From: Bdellovibrio sp.
GTDB taxonomy: Bacteria > Bdellovibrionota > Bdellovibrionia > Bdellovibrionales > Bdellovibrionaceae
Assembly: GCA_036676395.1 (NCBI GenBank)
Contig: JAKFCY010000002.1
Span: forward strand, 992,001-1,056,000
Length of the DNA: 64,000 nucleotides
Direction of reading: 5' to 3'
Shown here: piece by piece, positions 1 to 10,153 of the stretch
Position numbering within the stretch: the first letter of the stretch is position 1
Layout: every line of letters begins with the position of its first letter
Translations under genes and position numbers: made by a program
The notes under the pieces: model-generated
Seen by the model: only the letters and a program-made list of their open reading frames with translations
The model's database searches: none
Told to the model about the DNA's origin: nothing

Positions 1-885
1 GTCTAAACCAGTTTTGTTCATGATCAGTTTATAAATATGTTTGATTTTTAATTCATATGAATCTTCTTCAGTTGAAGGTTCAATCTGAATCCATTTTAAC
101 AACATTAAAAAATGCAGAGCTTTAAAAAGATTTTTATTGTTTTCAAACAGTAAAGCTAAATCACTGATTTTTTGACCATCGATGATTTCTAAAAAATTTG
201 AGTTGAATAAACTTAAAACTGAATATTTTTGAGAGTCAGCAGGTCGAAAATAACTAAAGTTTACCGTGACCACATAATTGTAATATTCAAGATAATGAGC
301 ATTTAACCAGTCGTGCGAAAACTTACTTAAAATCCAGTCGTGCACTAATAAATGAAATTGTTCGATATTAAGTTCAGAAGATTTTATTTTCGTTTGTGAT
401 TCTTTAATGCGAATCGAAAACTGCTCATCGCTGATAAGTTTCGAAAGACGGGTGCGGGATTGTGTTAATAACACCGAGCCGATTTGTTCTTTGTTGATGA
501 TGCCACGTTGAACTAAATAGGCCCCGATTGGGACGCCGGTTTGTTCTTTAAGAGCTTGTTCAAGCTGCTGTTGGGTAATTAAACGGTGATTGACAAGCAG
601 GGTACCGATACGTGTATCAGTGTCTGAAAGTTCAATGAATTGAATCTGACCTTCCTGAAAAACAACAGCGTTAATTTGTCCGGTTTTGGTTTCAAGTTCT
701 ACGCGGCCGCTTAAACCGTATTTTTGAAACAGAATGATAATTGCGGTAATATCATAACCGTAACAAGATTTAAGTTTTTCAATATCGGCAAGAATTTTAG
801 GGCCATTCGTATGCAAAGAGAAAAGGTTTTGGTAAAACCTTGCGCGGGTTGAATCTAAATCCATAGCTGTTCCAGTTGATGACAT
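1..885 (-). CDS. DUF4388/PatA_N-like protein with tandem MshEN-like motifs (3' end beyond window edge)
   Basis: Not in ORF track (no stop in window). ATG at 885 (alternative 864). Reads MSSTGTAMDLDS...SGRVELETKTGQINAVVFQEGQIQFIELSDTDTRIGTLLVNHRLITQQQLEQALKEQTGVPIGAYLVQRGIINKEQI. Confidence 0.65.
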   Translation of the reverse strand, partial: MSSTGTAMDLDSTRARFYQNLFSLHTNGPKILADIEKLKSCYGYDITAIIILFQKYGLSGRVELETKTGQINAVVFQEGQIQFIELSDTDTRIGTLLVNHRLITQQQLEQALKEQTGVPIGAYLVQRGIINKEQIGSVLLTQSRTRLSKLISDEQFSIRIKESQTKIKSSELNIEQFHLLVHDWILSKFSHDWLNAHYLEYYNYVVTVNFSYFRPADSQKYSVLSLFNSNFLEIIDGQKISDLALLFENNKNLFKALHFLMLLKWIQIEPSTEEDSYELKIKHIYKLIMNKTGLD

Positions 886-978
886 TGCTATGACAATTTT
901 AGTCTAATTTCACTCTGCGAGAAAGCATTACGATTGCGGTTAGCCTAAAGACCAGTTGATTGTACTTAATTGACCCAC

Positions 979-998
979 TTGTAGCTTGCAAGCTACAA
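979..998. promoter_or_regulatory. perfect 20-bp palindrome TTGTAGCTTGCAAGCTACAA, probable autoregulatory operator
   Basis: Exact inverted repeat 7 nt before the ATG of the HTH gene, just after TTGACC (970-975). Confidence 0.7.
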
Positions 999-1005
999 AT
1001 TAACT

Positions 1006-1302
1006 ATGTCAAAAGCGCAAATGTACAAACAAGCTATCATCAAAGAGACTTTAAAACGTAATCCTCATTCTGAGATCGTCTACTTGCAAAGTGCCATCGA
1101 TGAGTCACAAAACGCCGATGAAATTCTATTAGCGATGCGAACCGTAGCCTCGGCTCGTGGTTTTAAAAAATTTGCTGAAGAAGCTGATTTGAACCGCGAA
1201 AATCTTTATCGCGTGCTTTCTGAGAACGGCAATCCAAGATTAGATACTTTTTTAAAATTAATTGATCTTATGGGTTTTAAATTAAGTCTTAAACCGAAGT
1301 AG
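1006..1302 (+). CDS. addiction-module antidote / HTH protein (HI1420-like)
   Basis: AMRTVASARGFKKFAEEADLNRENLYRVLSENGNPRLDTFLKLI is typical of the family. Confidence 0.85.
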   Translation: MSKAQMYKQAIIKETLKRNPHSEIVYLQSAIDESQNADEILLAMRTVASARGFKKFAEEADLNRENLYRVLSENGNPRLDTFLKLIDLMGFKLSLKPK

Positions 1303-1410
1303 CTTTAAAACTACAGTCAAAACTACATTAAACGCCACATCAAAACGGGCAATGCGCCTCATTTATATTCCGCACGATTTTTGCTGATTTTATCTTGTTG
1401 GAGGTCATAT

Positions 1411-1830
1411 ATGAATGCAAAAAATTTCGCCCTTGTGGGTGGTATTGTAATGTTAGTGCTAGGAGCGTTATCTTTGATTCCGGCATTTACAGGATTATCG
1501 TTTGGTTTGCCGATATTAAAAGTAGAAACAAGTTATGGTCTGTTTTTAGGAATTTTTCCGTTAAATATTATCAATAAGGCTATTTTAATTGGATTCGGCT
1601 TATGGGGAATCGCCGCAGCTAGCGATCCAGCTCTTAGTGTTCCACGCTCAATCACATTTTCACGTGCGGTGTTTGTGTTATCTGCGGTTTTTGCGGTGTT
1701 AGGTTTGTTTCCGCAAACCAATACGTTATTTGGCTTTGTTCCATTATTTGGAGCAGGAATCTGGTTACATTCTGTGATGGCCTTATTAGGTGGAATTTTC
1801 GGGTATAGCGTGGTGAGACGCACGGTTTAA
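1411..1830 (+). CDS. DUF4383-like 4-TM membrane protein
   Basis: GGAGG before ATG 1411; LFLGIFPLN...FGFVPLFGAGIWLH motifs. Confidence 0.7.
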   Translation: MNAKNFALVGGIVMLVLGALSLIPAFTGLSFGLPILKVETSYGLFLGIFPLNIINKAILIGFGLWGIAAASDPALSVPRSITFSRAVFVLSAVFAVLGLFPQTNTLFGFVPLFGAGIWLHSVMALLGGIFGYSVVRRTV

Positions 1831-1834
1831 GCTT

Positions 1835-2977
1835 GTGACGTTGCAAACATGGAGTGACGTAAAATTTTATTTTACTGGTGATGGGTACTTTCAATCTATC
1901 TTAGAAAGAATTCGAGCCTCCGTTCGTGAAGTTCGCATAGAAATGTATATGTTTAATTTTGACGAGCTCGGTAAAGCCGTCTTAGAAACTTTAAAACAGG
2001 CTAGGCTTCGCGGTGTTGAAGTTTATTTGCTTGTCGATGGCATTGGATCGATTGGCCATTTAGCCGATCTGGATGATTATTGTCGCCAGAATAAAATTCA
2101 TTTTAAAATTTATCACCCGTTGCCAATACGCCTACATTTTTTACAACGGTTTTCACTTAAAGCGCTTACCTGGAAAAACATTCGCTGGTTTTTTATCATG
2201 TTTCGTAAAATGAATAATCGCGACCACAGAAAAGTTTTTTTAATCGATCAAAAAATCGCTTTTGTCGGCAGTCAGAATATTAGTAAAGTTCACAGTGAAA
2301 CCTTAACGCCCCATGGAAAAGCCTGGCGTGATACCGGCGTTGAAGTGCAAGGTGCGCCTGTAGATCAGCTTGTCAGTACCAGTGAATTTTCTTGGAATAA
2401 GGCCAAGCATGGTCTTTCGTATTCATGGCGATTTCATGAACATGTTTTGCGGTTAAGTTCGCGCCGTAAACATCGGCTGTCGCGCGTGCGCGAAATGATA
2501 AAGTCATTTAATGAAGCCCAGCAAAGAATCTGGATCACGACCGCTTATTTTTTACCTAATCGTAAAACTGTAAAGTCTTTAGGAAATGCCGCCCACCGAG
2601 GCGTTGATGTGGTATTATGTTTGCCGGCAAAAAGTGATATCCCATTCATGAAATGGACATCAAAGCTTTTGTATGACCGCTTATTAAAAGCCGGCGTTAA
2701 AATTTATGAATATCAAGATCGGGTTTTGCATGCAAAATCTTTGATCGTCGATAATTGGGGAACGGTGGGCACGTATAATTTTAATCATCGCAGTCTTATT
2801 CATGATTTAGAAGTTGAAGTTGTGATCGACCAGCCACAGTGGATCGAAAAGCTTGAGCGCCAGTGGCAGCTAGATCTTAAAAAATCAAAATTAATTGAAC
2901 CCAATGGCAAAGGGTATTCAAATATTTTTTTACGGGGCATCGCGAACATTTTTTACTGGTTTAGGTATTGGTTATGA
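1835..2977 (+). CDS. clsB: cardiolipin synthase / phospholipase D (ClsB-like)
   Basis: Two HKD motifs (DHRKVFLID, LHAKSLIVD); coupled to a YbhP-like gene. Confidence 0.8.
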   Translation: MTLQTWSDVKFYFTGDGYFQSILERIRASVREVRIEMYMFNFDELGKAVLETLKQARLRGVEVYLLVDGIGSIGHLADLDDYCRQNKIHFKIYHPLPIRLHFLQRFSLKALTWKNIRWFFIMFRKMNNRDHRKVFLIDQKIAFVGSQNISKVHSETLTPHGKAWRDTGVEVQGAPVDQLVSTSEFSWNKAKHGLSYSWRFHEHVLRLSSRRKHRLSRVREMIKSFNEAQQRIWITTAYFLPNRKTVKSLGNAAHRGVDVVLCLPAKSDIPFMKWTSKLLYDRLLKAGVKIYEYQDRVLHAKSLIVDNWGTVGTYNFNHRSLIHDLEVEVVIDQPQWIEKLERQWQLDLKKSKLIEPNGKGYSNIFLRGIANIFYWFRYWL

Positions 2978-3711
2978 AAATAAAAGTAATGACATATAAT
3001 ATTCATAAAGGTTTTTCGACGGGTGGGGTAAAATATATTTTGCGCACCATTAAAGAAGCCTTAAGCACAACAGCGGCAGATATCGTTTTATTGCAAGAAG
3101 TGGTCGGTGAGCACCGCAAAAGTGAAGAAAAAGATTGGCCCACAGAAAGTCAGTTTGAATATTTGGCTGATCAACTATGGTCACACTATTCGTATGCCAA
3201 AAATGCAATTTTTTCGCAATTTCATTACGGCAATGCCATCTTAAGCCGGTTTCCGATTGTTCAAGAAAAGCACACCGTAATGTCGACCAATCGTTTTGAA
3301 CAACGTGGGTTATTGCACTGTGAAGTTGAAATACCGGATTCAAAACAAAAGATTCATTTGTATAATGTGCATTTAGATTTGTTACGCCGTGGGCGTAGAA
3401 TTCAATACAAAAAAATCGTTTCTCAGATTCATCTAGATGTGAATGAAAAGGAACGATTTATATTAGCCGGTGATTTTAATGATTGGACCGGAGAATTAAA
3501 CCAGATGTTTATTGAAGAGTTGGGTTTAGAAGAGGCACACACCAAGTTTCATAATCGTCCGGCTAAGTCGTTTCCGAGTTTTTTTCCGATGTTAACTCTA
3601 GACCGCATGTATTCGCGCAATATGGATATTTTAAACTGCAAGGCGCTGATCGGAAAACCTTGGGCAAAGTTATCCGATCATATCCCCTTATTAGTTGAGT
3701 ATGCTTTGTAA
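2974..3711 (+). CDS. endonuclease/exonuclease/phosphatase family (YbhP-like)
   Basis: TYNIHKG, LQEV, GNAILSR, AGDFND, LDR and SDH motifs; ATGA overlap with clsB. Confidence 0.85.
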   Translation: MKIKVMTYNIHKGFSTGGVKYILRTIKEALSTTAADIVLLQEVVGEHRKSEEKDWPTESQFEYLADQLWSHYSYAKNAIFSQFHYGNAILSRFPIVQEKHTVMSTNRFEQRGLLHCEVEIPDSKQKIHLYNVHLDLLRRGRRIQYKKIVSQIHLDVNEKERFILAGDFNDWTGELNQMFIEELGLEEAHTKFHNRPAKSFPSFFPMLTLDRMYSRNMDILNCKALIGKPWAKLSDHIPLLVEYAL

Positions 3712-6417
3712 GTAAGTCTCAAGCTCTTGAATTTTGTCGCCGCGGTCGTATTTATCGCGCACATCGATTTTACGCAAATCGTATTCAGGCGACTCAGGAA
3801 ATAACGGCGTCGATGTCGCCTTTAAATCTTTAATTAACGTTTCTGGGCTGAACTCAGGGTGTGTGTAAATATCAGTCGTTGCTAATTTCAGGTTCTGTGC
3901 TTTTTTAAGAACTAAATCACCAATCACGCCGGCAACTGCAGGTGTTGCCATTGATGTTCCGCTGAATTTTTCGCGGTGATCAGAGAACTTCATCGCTAAA
4001 TGCATTTTTAACGCAGAAACAGACGCTACGACTTGGCCAAAGCCAGCGCTCAAGTAAGCGCCGATTCTAGATTCTGCTTTATCGTTACCTTTAAGTGCTG
4101 CAAAGATGTCTAATTCAGCAAGTTTAGGAACCATGCGCGAATCAGAAGTTCCAACGGGCGGAGACAATGCCGGAATTTTTTTATTCACAACACTGATGAC
4201 CGGAGAAAGATCGGTGCTCTTAATCGGAGATAATACGTCTTCGCCCACGGCAAAGATGATATTTGTTTTTAAGCCTAATAATACATTTGTAAAGTCTGAT
4301 AAATCTTCATCAGGGCTTAAACTGCCAACACCTAGAATATTCACTAAGTGATTATTCGGGGCAATGAAATCAGCATTATCTTCAAATGGTTTTAAAAAAC
4401 GAGACGATAAATCTACAGGTAAGGCGCTGTGCGTTTTGCCGTCGATCCATGTGCTTGAGTTACCTGCAGCAACCACGAATAAAGTGTCTTTAGCTTTAGT
4501 AGAGATAATTTCGCCTAAGTGAAATTTTACGAATTCATAGTTTAAGAATGTAAAAACCGTACGTAAATCAATTTCAGGATCTAAATCTTTAAACTGCGGA
4601 ATGCGGTTATTCACTTCAGTGCCTAAAGAAATACTGGCCACTTTAATTTTTTTCTCGGCCACGTGTAAGAATGATTCTTCTAATTCTTTAAAGAATAAAA
4701 AATCTAAAGGATTTTCTTCAAAAGCGACATCCATACCCACTTTTAATTTAGCCATTAAAAGCTCTGCAAAGGCTTCGCGTTCGCTTTTAGTTTGTGGCTC
4801 AGCATTTGGGCCAACCGGATTAATAACTACCAGCTTTGGTAATTTACGGTAAATCGCGCGCGCAACGACAGGTTTTGCTAACCAAGCTTTAAACTCAGTG
4901 CTGAATTTATCTAAAAGTTGTACTTTTTCTTGTTTTGTCACTAACGCTGAACGTGTTGTGATACGGATTGGGTAAATGCGGATGTTTGCATTTTGTTTGG
5001 CAACGATACCCGAGGTGTGCGTGCCGTGGCTTTCATCCTGAGAAAAGTCTGAAATATACGGGTGCATAGATCTAAAGAAATGTTTACGGTAAAGACTTGA
5101 GTGGTCTGATTTAAAATCAACGTCAAATAAACGGTGAAGTTCAGGTCTGCGTAACTCAGCAAATGCGCGCGCTGCTTTTAAATAGGTAGCCAGATTTCTG
5201 TTATAAGTTTTGAAATTTAATTGCTCAACGGCTGTTTTTTCAATTGAGGTTACTGCATCGCCGTAAATTTTAATTTTAGCGATACCTGAATTTAAAGATT
5301 CGAAATAGCTGTTTTGATTTAAAGTTAATACCGGGTAATCAGTAGGGCTGCGTAATAGATCTAAATTAGCCAATTGTTCATATTCAGTTTGGCTTTTTAA
5401 ACCCATAATCGGATCAGCAACGATGCTGCCACGTTTATGGTATTCAACGGCATTTGATAGAAAACCACAGGCGCCAGCCACTTCGTCTTCGCGAACTGTG
5501 TTTAGGGCGTGATCGCGGCCTAATCTGAAATCGACAACTTTTTCAATCCCTGCTTTTAATTCGGCAAGACGTGAAAACTCGTTCATCGTGTCTTTAATCA
5601 GGTTAAACATTAAATCGCCGTGCTCTACCGAGTTTAATGAAAAGAAAATATCAGCAACGCCGCTGCCTGAAGAGAACGTCCAAGCTGCTTTATCAAAGTA
5701 GTAATAAGCTTCATTTAGGCTGCGCTCTTGTAAAGCCGTGCTAGAAACCACTGCTTCACGAAAATTAATGCTTAATAATTTTCCGGCGTCTAAATTTTCT
5801 TTGTAAGTTGCAGGGTCGAAATAACCTTTGGCCATTTTTTCGCTGATAATAAATTTGTATAAACCAAATACGTTAAATGATTTATCGCTGATTTTAGCAA
5901 ATAGTGACTGACTCAAAATCGGGTCAGCTTTAAGCTTTTGCATGAAAAGTTTAGAAAAATCCGCATCTAACGATAACATTTTTTTAAATACGTTTTCATT
6001 GCCGTGGACGATTAAGCCATTTTTAATTTCAATCGCAGTAAAGGCGAAAAGTTCGGGGTTAATTAAAACAGCTGACGGGAAACGATCATCACCCATAAAG
6101 TCATGGCCCACGCCTGTGATTTTACCGTTTTCAACTTGGTAAGAGTATTTTTCGATTAAATCAGGATGAGCTAAATCCATACCGTTATCGATAACAGCGA
6201 TATCTAAATTTGCGCCGCGATCTTCAGTTTGAACACGTGCTGCGATTTCGCTTTGGTAACTATTAAGTTCATTCGTCTGATTGGCTAATTTTAAAAGTTC
6301 TTGCGGTAATGCCTGATTGTCGAAAGATTCGCGCGCTTTTTGCGTTTCGACCGAACAGCCACTGACTAACAGTAAACTTAAAATTAAACTAACGCTAAAA
6401 AGTAGAAATTTAGACAT
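3691..6417 (-). CDS. S8 subtilisin-family serine protease, lipoprotein, with large inserts
   Basis: Lipobox VSGC; IAVIDNG, HGTHTSG, AAGN and GTSMATP catalytic motifs. Confidence 0.88.
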   Translation of the reverse strand: MSKFLLFSVSLILSLLLVSGCSVETQKARESFDNQALPQELLKLANQTNELNSYQSEIAARVQTEDRGANLDIAVIDNGMDLAHPDLIEKYSYQVENGKITGVGHDFMGDDRFPSAVLINPELFAFTAIEIKNGLIVHGNENVFKKMLSLDADFSKLFMQKLKADPILSQSLFAKISDKSFNVFGLYKFIISEKMAKGYFDPATYKENLDAGKLLSINFREAVVSSTALQERSLNEAYYYFDKAAWTFSSGSGVADIFFSLNSVEHGDLMFNLIKDTMNEFSRLAELKAGIEKVVDFRLGRDHALNTVREDEVAGACGFLSNAVEYHKRGSIVADPIMGLKSQTEYEQLANLDLLRSPTDYPVLTLNQNSYFESLNSGIAKIKIYGDAVTSIEKTAVEQLNFKTYNRNLATYLKAARAFAELRRPELHRLFDVDFKSDHSSLYRKHFFRSMHPYISDFSQDESHGTHTSGIVAKQNANIRIYPIRITTRSALVTKQEKVQLLDKFSTEFKAWLAKPVVARAIYRKLPKLVVINPVGPNAEPQTKSEREAFAELLMAKLKVGMDVAFEENPLDFLFFKELEESFLHVAEKKIKVASISLGTEVNNRIPQFKDLDPEIDLRTVFTFLNYEFVKFHLGEIISTKAKDTLFVVAAGNSSTWIDGKTHSALPVDLSSRFLKPFEDNADFIAPNNHLVNILGVGSLSPDEDLSDFTNVLLGLKTNIIFAVGEDVLSPIKSTDLSPVISVVNKKIPALSPPVGTSDSRMVPKLAELDIFAALKGNDKAESRIGAYLSAGFGQVVASVSALKMHLAMKFSDHREKFSGTSMATPAVAGVIGDLVLKKAQNLKLATTDIYTHPEFSPETLIKDLKATSTPLFPESPEYDLRKIDVRDKYDRGDKIQELETYLQSILN

Positions 6418-6533
6418 CGGGCCCCACCTTTGTTTGTTGATGCTTTGAATGCGATCACAACTAGCAGGCGGGGGTGGGCGAGTCAGTAAAATTTTGTTTT
6501 GCCGGCTTTATTCAGCAACATTTTCGTGCTTAG

Positions 6534-7754
6534 TTATAAAGCAATTATTCCTAGAGAGGTTTTGCGATCGATAATCTCTAATTTGCCTGCAGAATCGGTT
6601 GATACACCAAAGTCATTGTCATTAATAATGGCTAAGGTTTTATCATCTATTATCGTCAGGCCTTCGATTTTTTCAAATTCATGATAGCCACCTAGAACTA
6701 AATCCGCAGCTAAAGTTTTTTGCACGGGCGTTACCTTTGCTAAAAGTTCTTTCGCTGGGTAAGTCTCTGGATCACGTGTCAAACGCGATTTGACAAGATT
6801 TGTGGCCTTCGTTAAATCAACTTTGTAAACCACATGAACACTGTCTTTGCCGGTATCGCCGTTTTGTTCGATCACATAAAAATGCGTCTCATCGATCATC
6901 ACTAGATCGCCGATTTTATCTACTTTTTTCTGTGTCAGCGGGTAGAGATATTCGCCTTCATACATTCTGGTTTTTGTATTGAACACGCCAATTCGAATCA
7001 CAGAAAATTCTTTATCTTTATGGGCCTCGCTGACACCTAGAGGGCTTTGCGACATAAAAAATATTTTATCATTTTTGTGTCCGATGGCTTCAAAACCGCG
7101 ATTGAATTTACGAAAACTAAAGGCATGGGGAATTTCATTTTTCTTTAACATAGCTTTGGCATCAGCGGCCGGGATAACACGTGCAAGAAGCTTTCCTTTT
7201 TCATTAAATTCTAAAATGGACGGCAGGTATTCATCACCTACCCAAAAGTGCTTGTTATTGTCGATAGTCATTGATTCAGAATCAACGCCATTGTTATCAG
7301 TTTCGATGTTTGCGCCATCTGTGTTCGTTGCTTGCTCCATTTTAGCCAATGAATCTTTTGGCGGAAGGCCAGTCATCGGTTTATTTTGCAGATCTTTAAA
7401 TGCGATAGTTTTTACGACGATAACTTTGTTTTCAGCTTTGATGAATTTCAATTGCACAAAGCTAGGGGTAAAGTTTGGGCTTATAAACGGACGATGTCTT
7501 TTTTTGTTTTTCTTGAATTCGGCGCCATTGGGGCCACGATCTGTCAGTGTCCAAAATAGCAGATCGCCATTAGCTTCTTTTTTAAGAAAATGCAGCCCTG
7601 AGAAGCCGCCCCATTTAAAATTAAAATCTTCAATGGTTTTTAGGGTGACTTCGATTTGTGTGATTGGCGGTGCTGTAGGGGTTGTTACAGGGGGGCTGGT
7701 AGGAGCTGCTTGGCAGGCTAATACAAATAAGGGCAAAATAATTAAAAATTTCAT
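6534..7754 (-). CDS. esterase-like activity of phytase family lipoprotein
   Basis: VLAC lipobox; GGFSGL, TDRGPN, DSE, DEYLP, NRGFE, KIEGL and NDNDFG motifs. Confidence 0.85.
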   Translation of the reverse strand: MKFLIILPLFVLACQAAPTSPPVTTPTAPPITQIEVTLKTIEDFNFKWGGFSGLHFLKKEANGDLLFWTLTDRGPNGAEFKKNKKRHRPFISPNFTPSFVQLKFIKAENKVIVVKTIAFKDLQNKPMTGLPPKDSLAKMEQATNTDGANIETDNNGVDSESMTIDNNKHFWVGDEYLPSILEFNEKGKLLARVIPAADAKAMLKKNEIPHAFSFRKFNRGFEAIGHKNDKIFFMSQSPLGVSEAHKDKEFSVIRIGVFNTKTRMYEGEYLYPLTQKKVDKIGDLVMIDETHFYVIEQNGDTGKDSVHVVYKVDLTKATNLVKSRLTRDPETYPAKELLAKVTPVQKTLAADLVLGGYHEFEKIEGLTIIDDKTLAIINDNDFGVSTDSAGKLEIIDRKTSLGIIAL

Positions 7755-7779
7755 CCATAAATTGTATAATTAAGTCTTA

Positions 7780-8157
7780 TTATGAAACAACTCTTAGCTG
7801 TTCATTGTGTTTAAAAAAATTGTCGACGTATTCAATCAGGTGAAAGATCTCTGATTTTGCAAAGCATTTAAGAACAGGAACGCCTACTTCTATGGCTTTT
7901 GCTTCTTGTGATCCAGAAAAGAAAATAAAAGGCACGTCAACTTGTTGGCTTTTAAGAAAATCGACGATCACTTGGCCATTGCCATTATCCATTTGATAGT
8001 CAGATATGATTAAAGCAAACTTTTCTTGGGTTGATATGGTGGTTATGGCCTCAGAGCCAGAGCCGGCTTCGACCACGATAAATTTATGTTTAGCCTGAAA
8101 CACATTAGCTAAGGCAAATCTAATTTCTTTGTCATCATCTACAAGTAAAATTCTCAT
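7780..8157 (-). CDS. single-domain response regulator
   Basis: ILLVDDD, ISDYQM (phospho-Asp), FFSG and K motifs. Confidence 0.85.
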   Translation of the reverse strand: MRILLVDDDKEIRFALANVFQAKHKFIVVEAGSGSEAITTISTQEKFALIISDYQMDNGNGQVIVDFLKSQQVDVPFIFFSGSQEAKAIEVGVPVLKCFAKSEIFHLIEYVDNFFKHNEQLRVVS

Positions 8158-8285
8158 AAAAAACCTCACATATATCGACTACAGAATAGCGAAGAGCGTT
8201 TTTTATATCCAATGGAGTTATCTACATATATGGAGTTTGCTTAACAAAGATGTGGCATTTTGACTCGTTTTCAGAGGTATTCTGC

Positions 8286-8301
8286 TGGCACTAACGTTGC
8301 T
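8286..8301 (+). promoter_or_regulatory. sigma-54 promoter TGGCACTAACGTTGCT
   Basis: Near-consensus -24/-12 (TGGCAC-N5-TTGC). It overlaps the TTG start called in the track, so the true start is probably downstream. Confidence 0.7.
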
Positions 8302-8314
8302 TTATTGGACAGTT

Positions 8315-10153
8315 GTGGAAATCGAACCCAGCTTAAACACTGTTAGAAAAAAACCAGATAAAAACACCCCAAAGTCTGGTGCAATAGCGGATAAAGCTTC
8401 TGTAAAAGTTTTTATTGTTGAAGACGAGCCCACTACAATTATCCTAACCGAAGCTATGTTAGACCAATTGGGCTATACGCCTGTAGGTGTGGCGACTAGC
8501 TTTGAATCGGCGATGGCCGTACTTAAGGTGACTGCGGTTGATATTGTTCTTGTAGATATCGTGTTAAGCGGCACAAAAACCGGCTATGATGTCATCAAAG
8601 AATTAAATAAATTAAATATACCGTGCGTTCTAATTTCGGGAAGCATTAATGAAACAACATTAAATAAATTAGTGGATCTTGATGTCTATGGATTTTTACC
8701 TAAACCTTACGATCAGTTAGCTTTGGCGACAGCCATACAATTAGCCCTAAAAAAGTTCAGCCGTATGCAGGATCGCATCTTTGAAGAAGCTGATGAGGTA
8801 AAAAGTCGTATATTAGCAAGCCAAGCTTTAGAAAATGAATTTGGTATTTCAGAGAAATTTTATTTAATCAAAAAAAAATCCGACGATAAAAAAAAGACGC
8901 AAAGGCTAGGCTTTTTTTCATACCAGCGGGCTATCGAATGGATAGTGGGCCTTAGTTTGTTTGTTGTCGGTATGGCATGCCTTGGTTATCTGTTAAATGA
9001 GCCATTTTTATTAATGTATGCATCTAGTGCGGCAACGATAAAATTTAATGTCATCCTGTGTACTTTATTGTTTATTTTTTCATTAGGCGTAGAAAACTCG
9101 TTTCGTGCAACGAAAGCCTGGCGCCTGGGTTCATTGTTTTCAATGTTCATCGTATTTTGCATTAGTGGTCTAACCTTACTGCAATATATAATGTCTACGA
9201 ATTTTGGGGTAGATGAATTTTTTGTGCAAGATCGCTTTGCCAATGAATTTAATTTGCCTGGGCGGATGGCGATTCCGACAGCCATTTGTTTTATGGCTCT
9301 GCCGTTAGCTTTATTTTTTAACCGCTTAAAAAAATACAAATATCGAACACAATTAACTGAAGGTTTTGCTTTGATCACCTTCTTTTTATCGATAGCGGGT
9401 CTGATTGGCCATTTGTTTAACCAAGATGAATTTAATCGGTTGATTCCTTACTTGTCGCAATCACGAGTCACATTAGCCATTGAATTATTATTAAGTTTAG
9501 GTGTTTTATATTTAAATCCTAAAAATGGATTAATGTCGATATTCTCAAATCAGCGGGTAAGCGCAAAGCTGGGGCGCAAGATGTTATTTTCAGTCAGCGG
9601 ATCATTAGTTTTAATCAGTTTTTTAATCTACTATTATGTGCCGCAAAGTGAATATGAAAATTTAGAAGTAATTTTTACTTTAATCACCACCATAACAATT
9701 TTGAGCGCAGTTATTTTGTGGTCGACTTTACAACAAATAAAAAACGAGATTCACATCGAACAAACGATCAAATTATTAAAAAATCGCGAGCGTGAACTTC
9801 AATTTGTATTGAAGCGTGTGCCATACCCGGTGGCCGTTTTGGATAAAGACTTACGCTATGTTTTAGTAAGTCGTAAGTGGATTGAAGACTTTAACCTAAA
9901 CAGTCATATTTTAACCGGACTTTCAATTTATGAAACTTTTTCTGCGGTTCCAGAGAAAATTCAAATAATGCACCAACGCGCACTGCGCGGAGAAGTTATC
10001 AAAATGTCAGATGAAGAAATCGTTGATTCTTCGGGTAATAAAATAAGTATTAAAGGTGAAATGCGCCCGTGGTACGATATTAATGATCAAATTTCCGGGA
10101 TTATTATTTTTTATGAAAACTCTATTTTTTTACCAGTGGATCCACTTCAATAA
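8315..10153 (+). CDS. receiver + multi-TM + PAS signalling protein lacking an output domain (start uncertain)
   Basis: VFIVEDE...LVDIVL...PKP receiver; about 7 hydrophobic helices; C-terminal PAS (VAVLDKDLRYVLVSRKW...RPWYD...GIIIF), then stop. Confidence 0.75.
   Translation: MEIEPSLNTVRKKPDKNTPKSGAIADKASVKVFIVEDEPTTIILTEAMLDQLGYTPVGVATSFESAMAVLKVTAVDIVLVDIVLSGTKTGYDVIKELNKLNIPCVLISGSINETTLNKLVDLDVYGFLPKPYDQLALATAIQLALKKFSRMQDRIFEEADEVKSRILASQALENEFGISEKFYLIKKKSDDKKKTQRLGFFSYQRAIEWIVGLSLFVVGMACLGYLLNEPFLLMYASSAATIKFNVILCTLLFIFSLGVENSFRATKAWRLGSLFSMFIVFCISGLTLLQYIMSTNFGVDEFFVQDRFANEFNLPGRMAIPTAICFMALPLALFFNRLKKYKYRTQLTEGFALITFFLSIAGLIGHLFNQDEFNRLIPYLSQSRVTLAIELLLSLGVLYLNPKNGLMSIFSNQRVSAKLGRKMLFSVSGSLVLISFLIYYYVPQSEYENLEVIFTLITTITILSAVILWSTLQQIKNEIHIEQTIKLLKNRERELQFVLKRVPYPVAVLDKDLRYVLVSRKWIEDFNLNSHILTGLSIYETFSAVPEKIQIMHQRALRGEVIKMSDEEIVDSSGNKISIKGEMRPWYDINDQISGIIIFYENSIFLPVDPLQ

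Noticed and set aside
6979..7773. 264-aa plus-strand ORF
   Set aside because: Antisense shadow of the phytase-like gene; no motifs.
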